This document shows, one piece after another, positions 10,836 through 23,857 of a stretch of 49,386 nucleotides of DNA. Origin of the DNA: Octopus bimaculoides. Taxonomy: Eukaryota. Made by a program: the position numbers and the translations under genes. The notes under the pieces were generated by a model. It had not been told where the DNA came from. It did not search any database and saw nothing but the letters and a program-made list of their open reading frames with translations. The DNA lies in the NCBI RefSeq assembly GCF_001194135.2, contig NC_068989.1, positions 68,272,206 through 68,321,591 of the forward strand. The letters run 5' to 3'. The first letter of the stretch is position 1; each line of letters opens with the position of its first letter.

Positions 10836-11366
10836 TCCCAGAGTTGATTGTGGAATGTGTATATGAGTGTGTGCTTGTGTGTTTTTTGTATCGGTGTTAG
10901 GTGTGTGTACGTGAGAGTGTGCGTATATCTCTTTGTCTGAGTATGTATGTGTTGTTTTGATCGTCCTTGTGGTGTGTGTGTGAGAGAGCAACCGTATGTA
11001 TGTGTGAGGGTGTGTACGTATGTGTGCNNNNNNNNNNNNNNNNNNNNNNNNNNNNNNNNNNNNNNNNNNNNNNNNNNNNNNNNNNNNNNNNNNNNNNNNN
11101 NNNNNNNNNNNNNNNNNNNNNNNNNNNNNNNNNNNNNNNNNNNNNNNNNNNNNNNNNNNNNNNNNNNNNNNNNNNNNNNNNNNNNNNNNNNNNNNNNNNN
11201 NNNNNNNNNNNNNNNNNNNNNNNNNNNNNNNNNNNNNNNNNNNTATATACATTTAAATAATATGGGTGAAAAATTGAATATTAATTTGATTAATATCAAT
11301 TTAAAACCAGTGGCCTAGCATATTGAAAAATCTGAAGATTCAGAAAAATTATATTACATACATATA

Positions 11367-11925
11367 AGAGGGATGACCACTAAGTGGACATCCATTATGC
11401 TAGAAGAAGACCACCTATGGTCTGACCACTAAGAAAAGATTTTAAACTGGTTTGAAATTGATATTTATCAAATTAATTTTCAATTTTTCACCCTTATTAT
11501 TTAAATTTAAATAACCATGTTCTCTAACCGGCAAAATTCACTGCAAAGAATTATTTTCTGCAGAATTATTTCCGGTATTTTGGCGCGCCAAAACGAAAAC
11601 TTTTAAAATATAACCACAAATGTAATTGGTAGAACTATATACATGTTCAATCTCATGCGGACGCCTCGTGTATAGTTGTGCAAAGTATATTGCTATGACC
11701 ATCACACTGATGAATTGCGGACATTTACGTAAGTAATTATGTAAGTGGTAACAATGAAACCGGGGTTGTGATTAATCTCTCCTTATATTTTGTATCTTTT
11801 CATTTGTCTTGCTCGCTTACGGTCTGGCGTTTGCTGAATCTTCTTGAGAACAGTTTTTCTTATTGGTCAGACCATAGGTGGTCTTCTTCTAGCATAATGG
11901 ATGTCTACTTAGTGGTCATCCCTCT
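11367..11925. mobile_element. 559-bp MITE with 71-bp TIRs and TA target site
   Basis: TIRs at 11367-11437 and 11855-11925 with 2 mismatches; TA at 11365-11366 and 11926-11927. Confidence 0.85.
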
Positions 11926-11962
11926 TATATGTATGTGTATATATATATATATATATATATAA

Positions 11963-12235
11963 AGTAGTGCACATGGTCTAGTGGTTAAGGTGTTGCACTC
12001 AGGATCTAACGATCGTGATTTCAATTCCTAGACTAGGTGGTGCGTTGTATTCTTGTGTTATTATGCAATCACTTCAACACCTGGCGCGTGATGCAATGTG
12101 TACCTGTTCAGACAACGTCGAGTTGATGGAGAGCCTGACCTAATGTGCGGCACGACTACAAACAAACCATTTGTGCACATCGCTTGGCAAGAGGCTAAGC
12201 GCTCATACATTGTCGACGACGGGAGAGTCCGTCAC
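11963..12235 (+). mobile_element. tRNA-derived SINE, family C (degenerate)
   Basis: A box TGGTCTAGTGGTTAAGG, B-box-like GATTTCAATTCC, then GCGTTGTATTCTTG related to the family C copies at 26245 and 35140. Confidence 0.5.
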
Positions 12236-12407
12236 AAACACACATACACACCCACACCCACACACACACACACACCCACACACACACACATACATACATA
12301 CATACATACATACATACATACATGCATGCATATATCGTTCAGTCTTGCTTCACAATCAGAGTAAAGAAACTAAGAGTTACAAAATCAGAACTTTGCTATG
12401 ACAGTAA

Positions 12408-12668
12408 TGTCGCATATTCCGGTGTGTTGGACGCGATATTTTATTCTTAATTACAGGAAAAATATTGAAAAATGTCTATTGCGACGATATTACAGATAGA
12501 AAACCGAGTATATCTATAAGAGCATGATTAAACAAATAAAATATTAACATATATTAAATTTGTTTTTTGTCTTTTTTTCTTCTAAGATATGCATCTTTTT
12601 ATAAAAATTCAGAGATTTTTCTTAGGTGAGACTGCGAGAGAACGTCTTATAGACCGGCAAATACGATA
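12408..12668. mobile_element. pogo/Tc2-type MITE with degenerate TIRs
   Basis: Right end CGTCTTATAGACCGGCAAATACGATA (12643-12668) matches the left end 12408-12433 at 18/26 as an inverted repeat and resembles CCGTATTT.CCGG..TATAAG pogo-type termini. Confidence 0.45.
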
Positions 12669-12874
12669 ACTAAATACCTTATTTTTAACAACCTACCTTC
12701 AGAATGGACTATTTTCTTTCTTTATATCTACACTAAATGATTTTTATTCAAATGTTAATACACGCGTACACTCACACACAAACACACACACACACACACA
12801 CATATATATACACATATATGCATGCATATTCCTTAACTGTAACATTCATTTTTTTCTTATTCCTTTATTTATTT

Positions 12875-13127
12875 CAGGCAGCTGACTGCAACTATGCTGA
12901 AGTACTGCCTTAAAGCACCTATTCTTTGTAAGCCTAGTACTTATTCTACCGGTCACTTTTGCCGAACTGCTAATGCTACGGGGACATAGTCACACCAGCG
13001 TCAGCTGTCAAGTGATGGCGAGAGGATAAACACAGACACACATACACAAATATATATATATATATAATATATACATAGACACATACACACAGCCCGGAAC
13101 CATGTGGTTGGGAAGCAGGCTTCTTAC
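12875..13127 (-). mobile_element. Family A SINE interrupted by an internal (CA)/(TA) microsatellite
   Basis: ATTCTTTGTAAGCCTAGTACTTATTC...TTTGCCGAAC...ACAGACAC, then head fragment CCCGGAACCATGTGGTTGG. Confidence 0.7.
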
Positions 13128-13131
13128 GTAG

Positions 13132-13164
<33 letters not shown>

Positions 13165-13177
13165 TGTATGTATTATT

Positions 13178-13514
13178 GTATTTCGGGGTGGCCATTTTAT
13201 TTATTTAAAAAAATTTTTTCCAAATAAATACACTTGTTTATTACTGTTCTTACTTATTTTATGTCCATTGTACGGAAATCTTTCGATACACACCTGTGAC
13301 CTCTTCAGCGATAATTTTCGTTTCCGTGTGTGTTCTTGCTCCACTTACTTCATTCCCTAAGAGATCTGTGACGAAAGATTTTCGGATAATGGACATAAAA
13401 TAAATAAGAAGAGTAATAAACGAGTGAATAAAAAATATTTATACAATGCGTGAGTTTATTTGGCAAAAAAATTTTTAAAAATAAGAAAGAAATAAAATGA
13501 CCATCCCGAAATAC
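13178..13514. mobile_element. Foldback element / MITE with long imperfect inverted arms
   Basis: GTATTTCGGGGTGGCCATTTTATT at the left and AATAAAATGACCATCCCGAAATAC at the right; arms of about 115 and 140 bp align in inverted orientation. Confidence 0.8.
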
Positions 13515-14452
13515 CACAATATTTGTTTCAACACACGATTTCACATCAGGAACCTTGCAAAACGAATACACACACACACACATATATATTTGGGAGTGTT
13601 TTATTCATTGGACTACGTACGAATATTTTTTTTAAAAAGAGGATGGTGCTTATTCAATCGTTATCATCTGCCGATCCGCCAAGTTACGAAGACGTAAACA
13701 AGCCAACACCGGTTGTGGTGCGGTGGTGTGACAAACACAAAGACAAATGCACTTACATGTATATATATATATATATATANNNNNNNNNNNNNNNNNNNNN
13801 NNNNNNNNNNNNNNNNNNNNNNNNNNNNNNNNNNNNNNNNNNNNNNNNNNNNNNNNNNNNNNNNNNNNNNNNNNNNNNNNNNNNNNNNNNNNNNNNNNNN
13901 NNNNNNNNNNNNNNNNNNNNNNNNNNNNNNNNNNNNNNNNNNNNNNNNNNNNNNNNNNNNNNNNNNNNNNNNNNNNNNNNNNNNNNNNNNNNNNNNNNNN
14001 NNNNNNNNNNNNNNNNNNNNNNNNNNNNNNNNNNNNNNNNNNNNNNNNNNNNNNNNNNNNNNNNNNNNNNNNNNNNNNNNNNNNNNNNNNNNNNNNNNNN
14101 NNNNNNNNNNNNNNNNNNNNNNNNNNNNNNNNNNNNNNNNNNNNNNNNNNNNNNNNNNNNNNNNNNNNNNNNNNNNNNNNNNNNNNNNNNNNNNNNNNNN
14201 NNNNNNNNNNNNNNNNNNNNNNNNNNNNNNNNNNNNNNNNNNNNNNNNNNNNNNNNNNNNNNNNNNNNNNNNNNNNNNNNNNNNNNNNNNNNNNNNNNNN
14301 NNNNNNNNNNNNNNNNNNNNNNNNNNNNNNNNNNNNNNNNNNNNNNNNNNNNNNNNNNNNNNNNNNNNNNNNNNNNNNNNNNNNNNNNNNNNNNNNNNNN
14401 NNNNNNNNNNNNNNNNNNNNNNNNNNNNNNNNNNNNNNNNNNNNNNNNNNNN

Positions 14453-14490
<38 letters not shown>

Positions 14491-14526
14491 AGAGAGATGT
14501 AGCTAGAAAGACAGAGACAGACAGAC

Positions 14527-14593
<67 letters not shown>

Positions 14594-15364
14594 TACATAC
14601 ATACACACATACATACTTACATACATTTATACTATGTGATATACACCATGTATATAATATATATTAGTTATTATGTATAATATATATAATATAATACTAC
14701 ATGCTTTATGCGTGTAAGCGAATTCTAATAAAACGTATATGCGCACACACGCACGCACAGTTACACACGCGTGCGCGCACACTGAAACTTCAAGTTCACA
14801 AGTCACTTACAAATGTATATAAAATGCAGATTTCTATACAATAACATATATACCGCATAACATTTATGCGAGCTTGTGTACTTTTCCCACTCACAATACC
14901 TTTAAACAAAACCGAACATGTAAACATTCGACTAAGCAATAACAATTCAAAGCATGTTTCATTATATGTAGAAAAATCTTTGCTATTACATGCTGCTGGA
15001 GTCGATTTTTGCCTATCGTCCTTATAGATGCGATAAAATAAATACCAGTCATGCACTGAGCGACTACATTTCTTGTCAGTATGTGTGAATTTGTGTTAAG
15101 TTTAGGAAACAGCGTATATAAAAATAGTAAATTAATATATTATGTATATTTCTGCTTGTGACTATGTATGTATGCATGTGTGTCTTTATGTGTGTACACG
15201 TGTGTATTTTTGTGCGTACAAATATGTGTAATAGTAATGTTTTTGTGTAATCATACATATCTCAGCAAAGCCATGTGTACATACGTAAATACATGCATAC
15301 AAACCCCCATGTAAGTATTTGTGTATGTATACATATACGCATGTATGCATTATGTATGTGTGCG

Positions 15365-15441
<77 letters not shown>

Positions 15442-15551
15442 CATACATTTTAGCGGATTCATAGACACGCAAACATAGGCGTGAGTACATATTCATACAT
15501 ACATACACATGTGTGCGTGTGTGATGAAAGTGTGTGTATGTGAGTGTGTGA

Positions 15552-15640
<89 letters not shown>

Positions 15641-15860
15641 CATACTCTCACACCACTAACACACGCACACAAACACACACTGAAGGACAGAATCATTTAT
15701 AAGTATACATTTATGTACTAAGGTATATTATTATTATTATTCAAATATATATAATATGTAAAGGAGATGAATAAATTTTAAGAATTTATTAATAATAGTA
15801 ATAATAATAATAATAGTAATAATAATAATAATAGTAATAATAATAGTAATAATAGTCCTA
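14453..15860. repeat. Compound microsatellite block: (GA)n, (GATA)n, (TA)n, (TG)n, (AAT)n
   Basis: (GATA)n ~14527-14590, (TA)n ~15368-15436, (TG)n ~15555-15636, (AAT/AGT)n ~15790-15855. Confidence 0.9.
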
Positions 15861-15889
15861 TGTGAATTTGCATTTCTGATTATCATATA

Positions 15890-16540
15890 TAGGTAAGTCT
15901 GGAAGCAGGAGGAGACGGTGAAGAAGGTGGTTTAGTGAGGGGGAAAGACTGAGTAGAAGAGAAAATGAAGGAGGGTGTATCTAGTGCACGTAAGACAGAC
16001 ATTGATTATCAATAGGTGGAAGAACAAGCAGAGAGAAACACACACGTTGTTTACAATAAGAGTGTTTGACAAAGAGAGAGGCGGAGTGATGGTATGGTGA
16101 GCGAAGTGAGAGGAAGTGAGCGTGAGTAAGTGAAAGAGAAGAAATGAGAGAACGAGTGAGGAGAGAGGAGGGAATCCCAGATTAGAATGAGGAGATAGCA
16201 CAGGTAAGTGAAGGGTTATGAAGATTAATAAGAAATTAAAGAGAGAAGGGAGGGACTAATAGAGTTTATTAGAGGCACGATAGGTAAGTAGGTAGGTGGG
16301 GAGGGTGGAAGAGGCGGTGAGATTGAAGAGAGAAATCACCGGGAAAGTGGATTGCAAATCGAAGAAAAAATGATGGTGGAAGCAGGTGAGAGTGGTAGTG
16401 GGAGTTGGAGTGAGAAAGAGACAGATATGGAAGAGGAGAAGAAAAAGAGAAAGCGAAAGCTGAAAGCAAGAGATAGAGAGATTGTATGAGTGTCTATGTG
16501 TGTATTTGTAAGAGACATAGGTGGTGGTGGTGGTGGTGAA
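15890..16540 (+). repeat. Purine-rich (G/A) low-complexity tract
   Basis: Strong strand asymmetry, with G+A dominating for about 650 bp. Confidence 0.8.
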
Positions 16541-17577
16541 TAAANNNNNNNNNNNNNNNNNNNNNNNNNNNNNNNNNNNNNNNNNNNNNNNNNNNNNNNN
16601 NNNNNNNNNNNNNNNNNNNNNNNNNNNNNNNNNNNNNNNNNNNNNNNNNNNNNNNNNNNNNNNNNNNNNNNNNNNNNNNNNNNNNNNNNNNNNNNNNNNN
16701 NNNNNNNNNNNNNNNNNNNNNNNNNNNNNNNNNNNNNNNNNNNNNNNNNNNNNNNNNNNNNNNNNNNNNNNNNNNNNNNNNNNNNNNNNNNNNNNNNNNN
16801 NNNNNNNNNNNNNNNNNNNNNNNNNNNNNNNNNNNNNNNNNNNNNNNNNNNNNNNNNNNNNNNNNNNNNNNNNNNNNNNNNNNNNNNNNNNNNNNNNNNN
16901 NNNNNNNNNNNNNNNNNNNNNNNNNNNNNNNNNNNNNNNNNNNNNNNNNNNNNNNNNNNNNNNNNNNNNNNNNNNNNNNNNNNNNNNNNNNNNNNNNNNN
17001 NNNNNNNNNNNNNNNNNNNNNNNNNNNNNNNNNNNNNNNNNNNNNNNNNNNNNNNNNNNNNNNNNNNNNNNNNNNNNNNNNNNNNNNNNNNNNNNNNNNN
17101 NNNNNNNNNNNNNNNNNNNNNNNNNNNNNNNNNNNNNNNNNNNNNNNNNNNNNNNNNNNNNNNNNNNNNNNNNNNNNNNNNNNNNNNNNNNNNNNNNNNN
17201 NNNNNNNNNNNNNNNNNNNNNNNNNNNNNNNNNNNNNNNNNNNNNNNNNNNNNNNNNNNNNNNNNNNNNNNNNNNNNNNNNNNNNNNNNNNNNNNNNNNN
17301 NNNNNNNNNNNNNNNNNNNNNNNNNNNNNNNNNNNNNNNNNNNNNNNNNNNNNNNNNNNNNNNNNNNNNNNNNNNNNNNNNNNNNNNNNNNNNNNNNNNN
17401 NNNNNNNNNNNNNNNNNNNNNNNNNNNNNNNNNNNNNNNNNNNNNNNNNNNNNNNNNNNNNNNNNNNNNNNNNNNNNNNNNNNNNNNNNNNNNNNNNNNN
17501 NNNNNTTACACACATAAATATAAATATACATATATTTATATATATGCATTTACATTCATACATACATACATACATCC

Positions 17578-17614
<37 letters not shown>

Positions 17615-17867
17615 CATATATATATATTGATATTTATATACATATATATATACATATTTACATATATATATACACGCACACACACAATATAAGAACACAT
17701 ATGTGTGTGTGTGAATGTATATTTGAAAGTATATATGTATACATATGTATGAGAAATTCAATTTCTGCCGTTGTAAAGTAAAAGTTGTTAAAGTATACAC
17801 ACATATATTGTTATGTATGTTTTGCATATTTGTATATATGTATATATAAATATATATTATATATCTG

Positions 17868-17909
<42 letters not shown>

Positions 17910-17993
17910 TCTGTATATATATATATATACATATTTAAACACACACTTACATACACTTCTCTCTCTTCTATCTCTCTCTCTATATATATATAC

Positions 17994-18029
<36 letters not shown>

Positions 18030-18524
18030 GTACATATATACACACACACACACGCGCATACAGACAGACAGAAAGTAAGTAATAGTATATAACAATATAA
18101 TATAATAAAGACTATATTAAGAAGTTATATGTGATTTTCAATTTTTTTAATTGTTATTTATTACCCATATTTCATGTTTATCTTCAAGTCATTCGTCAGT
18201 GTGGGTGGAGTAGATTCAATGAAATTCTTTTTTTATTTTTTTTTTTACTTTTTGTTGTAGTTGTAGTTTCTGTTCTTTAACTCCACACATTACTGCTGGG
18301 CACATATGCTATCAAAGTTATGCCAGTGGTGACTATCCATTCTTTATAAGAGTTATGTTGGAACTATTTTCTTTTTGCAAATGACGTCTTTTTACTTTAG
18401 GGTAAAGATGTGATTTGAGGGATTGAACTGCTGCTTCTAGCGGAGAGGGTTATCAAAGGCGTGGCTATTGCTAGCTAAAATGTTATGCTGCGAATTAGAG
18501 TATAGTGTATCCTCGTGTCATAAT

Positions 18525-19690
18525 TCATGCGAATTTGCTTTTGTTGCATGATTGCAATATGAATTCGTGTCTGTTGTTTTGTACGTGGGAATTCCTTCAT
18601 CAAGATTAAATTTTTATAGCTTATAGCTAAACAGTATTGAAATCAATTTGGCCAGTTCATATAAGGCGTGGCTCACTCAGTGACTGTTATTGAATAACTG
18701 TCTTTTACATATGGCCTTTTATAGTCCACAAATTTATCTTAACTCAACCGTTGTTTTCCTCATTTGTACATAACTGAAAGTGGATTTAACGTTAAGGAAA
18801 TGTCGTTCGAAACTACCCTCATTCATTCCGATATAATTCAGTTTTTAGCACCCTTTCAACTTGAATTCTGTTCTCGATTGCTTTACTTAAGCATTTCCCA
18901 TTAAGCGAACAGCTGTCATTCGTTTTGTCATTTACATTCAAATTTCTGGAGATTGCGTTTCATAAGATTACTAATATTCTTGTACAATTGAGTTACGTTG
19001 AAAGCATTTTTAGTAACTAAATAACTGGTTAGAAAATGCGACAAAAATACTTAGCTGTTTTGAATACTACGAGTTCAATGGACTGCTGGTCAAACGAGAT
19101 ATTTTATGTTTAGTTTAGTGTTTTCATCAAAACCATATTTTTATAAGGTCTAATAATAATAGTTTTATAACAACTCTTGTCTGAGGATATAATTAGTTGT
19201 CCTCCAATTTGTTTAATTAATTGAAGCTTTTTTGTTATATTGAGTTGTTGGTTCAAGTCCATGTTTGGATATGTAGTTTATCGTTCGATTGTTTTACGTT
19301 TAGTGTTTTCTTAGGTTCTTAGGTCTGTTGTTGTATCATAAAAAATTGCTATGTTTGGAAGCTACAACTCTTAAAAGAAAAGAGTTAATCCCGCCTTTAG
19401 TTTTTCAATGCATAACCATATGTCTAATGTGAAGCAATATACTACACCATCATCTCTGTAGAATCCTAAAATCTTGTGAATTAAATGAAGTCAATCTTGT
19501 TTCCAGCATACAAGAGTCTTGCTGGTTCAGACTCTTTTGTTATAACAGCTTCTGTTGAAATGGTAGACTTCATTGTTCTTAGCCCTATGTAGTATTATTG
19601 TAGACGATTAGAGACTTCTCTTGTAGGTGGATGCTAATTGTACTGATTTCCTTCCAGATTTTCAAACAGTGGAATAAAAGTGAAGATTGT
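18525..19690 (-). mobile_element. Decayed Penelope-like retroelement (RT plus GIY-YIG endonuclease relic)
   Basis: Minus strand: LGFYRDDGV (19469-19443, RT YxDD); NDSCSLNGKCLSKA (18920-18879, CPLxGxCL linker); NYIGMNEGSFERHF (YIG motif); ATPYMN..YCLA; NNRHEFILQSCNKSKFA* (stop 18525-18527). Many stops and frameshifts. Confidence 0.85.
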
Positions 19691-20127
19691 ATTCTATTTT
19701 ATTTTCATATTTTTAAACTAGCTAAATTTCGTGCTACTAGAAAAAAAAACTGCAAAGAAATCGTTTGCTATTCTAGTATTTTTGCAGTTATTGACTGACC
19801 AAATGTTCAAGTATACTATGTGGTATGGAAATTGAGCAAATATATGCCAATTTTAGAAAATATTAGGATACGGAATATCCAAACACTACATTAAAAGCTA
19901 AGGAATCATATCAAAATGCTGCTCGAGAACGTAGTAGCAAAATGAAATTCTACGGATCCACTGGAAGTATATAACATGCTAATTTGAACTACCAAATGCT
20001 ATCATGATGAACATATCTATCGAGTTTTAAAACTGTCTTTACTGAAATGGCATAAGGGAAATGTCAGGTTCATCAGGTTCATTAAAAATTTGGGCAATAT
20101 CAATAAATAATAATACTGGACAATATG

Positions 20128-20170
<43 letters not shown>

Positions 20171-20855
20171 TGTGTGGATGAATATATATGAATGGATGGG
20201 TGGATGGATGGATGGATAGATGGATGGATAGATGGATGTATGGGTATATTCATACGCACATATATTAATATATGCATATGCACACACACAGACTCGTATT
20301 GTTTTGCAGAAATGATCATGAACAGGATTATATTTAAGTTTGTAAGAAATTAGGGGTTGGTTATAATGAATACTATAGATAATATCCAATTATAAATATT
20401 TTACTTTTACATCATACTTTTAGATAAGAATTTTACATTTTCTTCTGGCATATACACCTAAATATTTAAATCATTATGATTGGGATTGTGGCGTTATCTC
20501 GGATCCAGACGTTTTTGTTATACGCCTGGTTAGTCAAGTTACTACAAATGTTCAATTAAAGCGAGCATCATTTGGTCTGATTTCACGGATCGTTTATGGG
20601 AAGGATTTCAAACACTTGATAAGGCTGAAGATTCAGTTCCTTGACACTCGATAGGGTTTTTCCAGTCATTCAACTATTCTTCTGTTTAATAAATTAACTG
20701 CTTAATTCTTCCATTCTAGCTTCATGTAACTAGAGATTTTTTTGAACAAATGAGGTGGGTAGGTGTATATAATTGCAGGGAATATTTCAATACTTGTTTA
20801 TCACGTTCGTTATATAAATCTTAGAAGTACCCACATTATATGGGAAATACACACA

Positions 20856-20897
<42 letters not shown>

Positions 20898-20923
20898 TAC
20901 ATGCATACAGATGCACACACACA

Positions 20924-20975
<52 letters not shown>

Positions 20976-20994
20976 CATGTGTGTTCATTTGTAT

Positions 20995-21379
20995 AGGCAC
21001 AGAGTGACTGTGTGGTAAGTAACTGGCTTACCAACCATATGATTCCCGGTCCAGTCACATTGCGTGCCACCTTGGGCAACTGAAAGGAGACGGAAACTGA
21101 AAGAAGCCCGTCGTATATATATGTGTGGGGGGTGTATGTGTGTGTGTGTGTATGTGTGTGTGTGTGTGTGTGTGTGTCCATGTTTAACCCCCAATATCGC
21201 TTGACAACAGGTGCTGGTGTATTTACATCCCCGTAACCTAGCGGCTCGGTAAAAAAGACCAACAGAATAAGTGCTGGGCTTACAAAGAATAAGTACTGGG
21301 GTCCATTTGCTTGAGTAAAGGCGGTGCTCCAGCATAGCCGCAGTCAATTGGCTGAAACAAATAAAATAATAAAAGAATA
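20995..21379 (+). mobile_element. Near full-length family A SINE with internal (TG)n
   Basis: tRNA head, CACCTTGGGCAA, GAAAGAAGCCCGTCG, (TG)n, GCTTACAAAGAATAAG, GGCGGTGCTCCAGCAT, and TAAAA tail. Confidence 0.85.
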
Positions 21380-21982
21380 CATATATCGATATGTTTGCAT
21401 AAACGCTTCAAGGTGGGTCCCCATGATGGCTGCAGTCGAGAACAATGAGTCAACTCGTGACTAAGTAAGATTGCTTATCAGAATCAAGAGTCCATGAAAT
21501 TCCACTGCGTGAATTTGTTTTGAATGGATGGTGTTTCACAGTACTGAACCCCACTTTCAACGTCCAAATCAGCTGTAGCGCAAGTGGCCCCACCGTGATT
21601 CAGACACCTAGATACCAACTGGTCTTAGAGGTTTTTTCTCTTTTACATAGGAGTTTACTTTTACTTTGAAGGATTTTCTAAAATAACTAAGGGGTCATTA
21701 TTCCCAGTAGAAAATATATTGGTTAACCCATGGCTGGGACCCTGACAAATGTTGCTCCTACGGTCAAAGTAAACCTAACAGGAAATAGTGCCTAAGAAGT
21801 GGTTCTACGCTCCTCAAACCTTTAGAACTCCCGGTCACGATGCAGTTACATACATTCATACATACATACATACATACATACGCATGCATATATTTATATA
21901 TATATATGTATATACATACATATATNNNNNNNNNNNNNNNNNNNNNNNNNNNNNNNNNNNNNNNNNNNNNNNNNNNNNNNNN

Positions 21983-22021
<39 letters not shown>

Positions 22022-23162
22022 CATATACATACACACACATACATTTTTATTTCTATCAATATCTAGCAGGAGTGACAGAGTGACTCAAGGCCCGAGAGTT
22101 TCCTGCATTGCCACTTATAGTTTGATATATATATATATACATATATATTTATATTAAGGGCATTACTAAACATAGATGTCTCACGTTAGGAGGGACACTT
22201 AAAATCAAGAGAGTAGATATATATATATAATATAAATTAGTTCTCATATTTTAAACTAGTTGGCGAAAGCTTTGGCGCAAACGGAATAACTTTTGATATA
22301 TATTTAATTCTCCCCTTTCCATGTTCAGTATTCCAGTTGTACCATAAACGGAAGAATATTTTTATAAATATTTCTATTGTTGTATTTGTTTGCAAGATTC
22401 TTTATATGAAGCCGTGTGCTTAAACCTGTCTCGTAGTAACTTGGGTGGGTTATTATGCCCAATACGAAGCACATAAACTGATTCCATTTCACTTTTTTTA
22501 TTATTATTAGGTAACTAATTTAACAAACTAACTAATCGGTTGGCTGATTAATCGTTTACTCGGTCAATCATCCAGTTGGCTAGGTTTTACTGAGTTCTTT
22601 TGTTGTTATACGTGACCTTATGAAAGACATGCCTTCACTACTTCCTTTTATGTTCTGCATTTTATTTACGCTGTGTACATCTTTACCTCTCAAACCTTTA
22701 GCTTCGAAACAGTGCAGAGATACATAGGGAAATATCGTATCTTGAATGCAAGACACCCTTTCTGTTATACATACGTGTAATAAATGACAGTTTTATTTCA
22801 AATGTGTAAGTAAACTATCCAACTAATAAGTAATGTATTTATATATGCAAACTATATCTTCTTTTATTCTTTTATTTGTTTTTACGACCTCATCATATGT
22901 GCTTCGACCTTGCCGCAGCACTGTCTTCAATGTTTCTAATAACGACCTTAGTATTTACAAGAATCTGGTACTTCCTTATTGAAAACTTTTGGTTGAACCA
23001 TTATTGATTCAAGAACTTAACGTTACACAGCATATATATGCATCTATAAACAACAACGCCGATTTGGTATTTAGACCGCTAAAAACGTAAACACTGATAT
23101 GAGCACACACATCAACCAACGCACAGAAACACAGGCACGCGCGCAAAGTTACATATATGATA

Positions 23163-23288
23163 TACGAGGGGTGTATGAAACGTTTTGAGCCTTCAAGGCC
23201 CTTGAGCCTTGAAGTCTTGTACCTTCATCAGAAGTCTTGTACCATGTTTTGTTTTTTGATGCTTACGACGTTTCATACACTCTTCGTA
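23163..23288. mobile_element. 126-bp mariner-type mini-MITE
   Basis: TACGAGGGGTGTATGAAACGT ... ACGTTTCATACACTCTTCGTA: a 21-bp inverted repeat including TA, with 2 mismatches. Confidence 0.8.
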
Positions 23289-23809
23289 CGTGCATAAATA
23301 TATACAGACACATACATACATAGTTTTCTTTTGGATTTGACCACCCCAGGGTACATAAAGCTATAAATAATTGCATGCAACTTCCTTTCGAGAGAAATTC
23401 TTGAAGGCTCTCCATGGGACTCGAATTCACATCTCCTGCGTTCTACCATTGAACCAAAACAATCCTTCGAATTTCTCTATCATTCCTACCGGTGAGAAGC
23501 GTATGTTGGATAAAGTTTCAAAACTGGACAGAAAAATTCAGAGTGTTTCGTTTAATGCTAGGTCATGTATCATGTATACAAAAAATACAATTTCAAATCC
23601 CATGATCTTTTCCTGTACTTTGACTTTGGTATCCAAATGGCTTTTTGACCCAATGTTTTTATGCTATTATCTATTGTCTTCTGTTCTTTGTAGTCCAATA
23701 TTCCAAACAGGAACTATCTCATGTTCTCTCGAAAATGTATATATTCTCATGACATTAGCAATATATATATACACACACACACAAACACACACGCACACAC
23801 ACACATAAA

Positions 23810-23857
<48 letters not shown>

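Noticed and set aside
19790-20110. Frame with stops resembling a hAT dimerisation or death domain (HIYRVLKLSLLKWHKGN)
   Set aside because: Stop spacing is as expected for random AT-rich DNA and the resemblance is subjective.
20424-20654. 76-codon open frame after an acceptor-like CTTTTAG
   Set aside because: Unrecognised peptide, and frames of this length are expected by chance in 40 kb.
23410-23460. tRNA-Gly-like A and B boxes on the minus strand
   Set aside because: The anticodon arm is deleted; at most a SINE or tRNA remnant.
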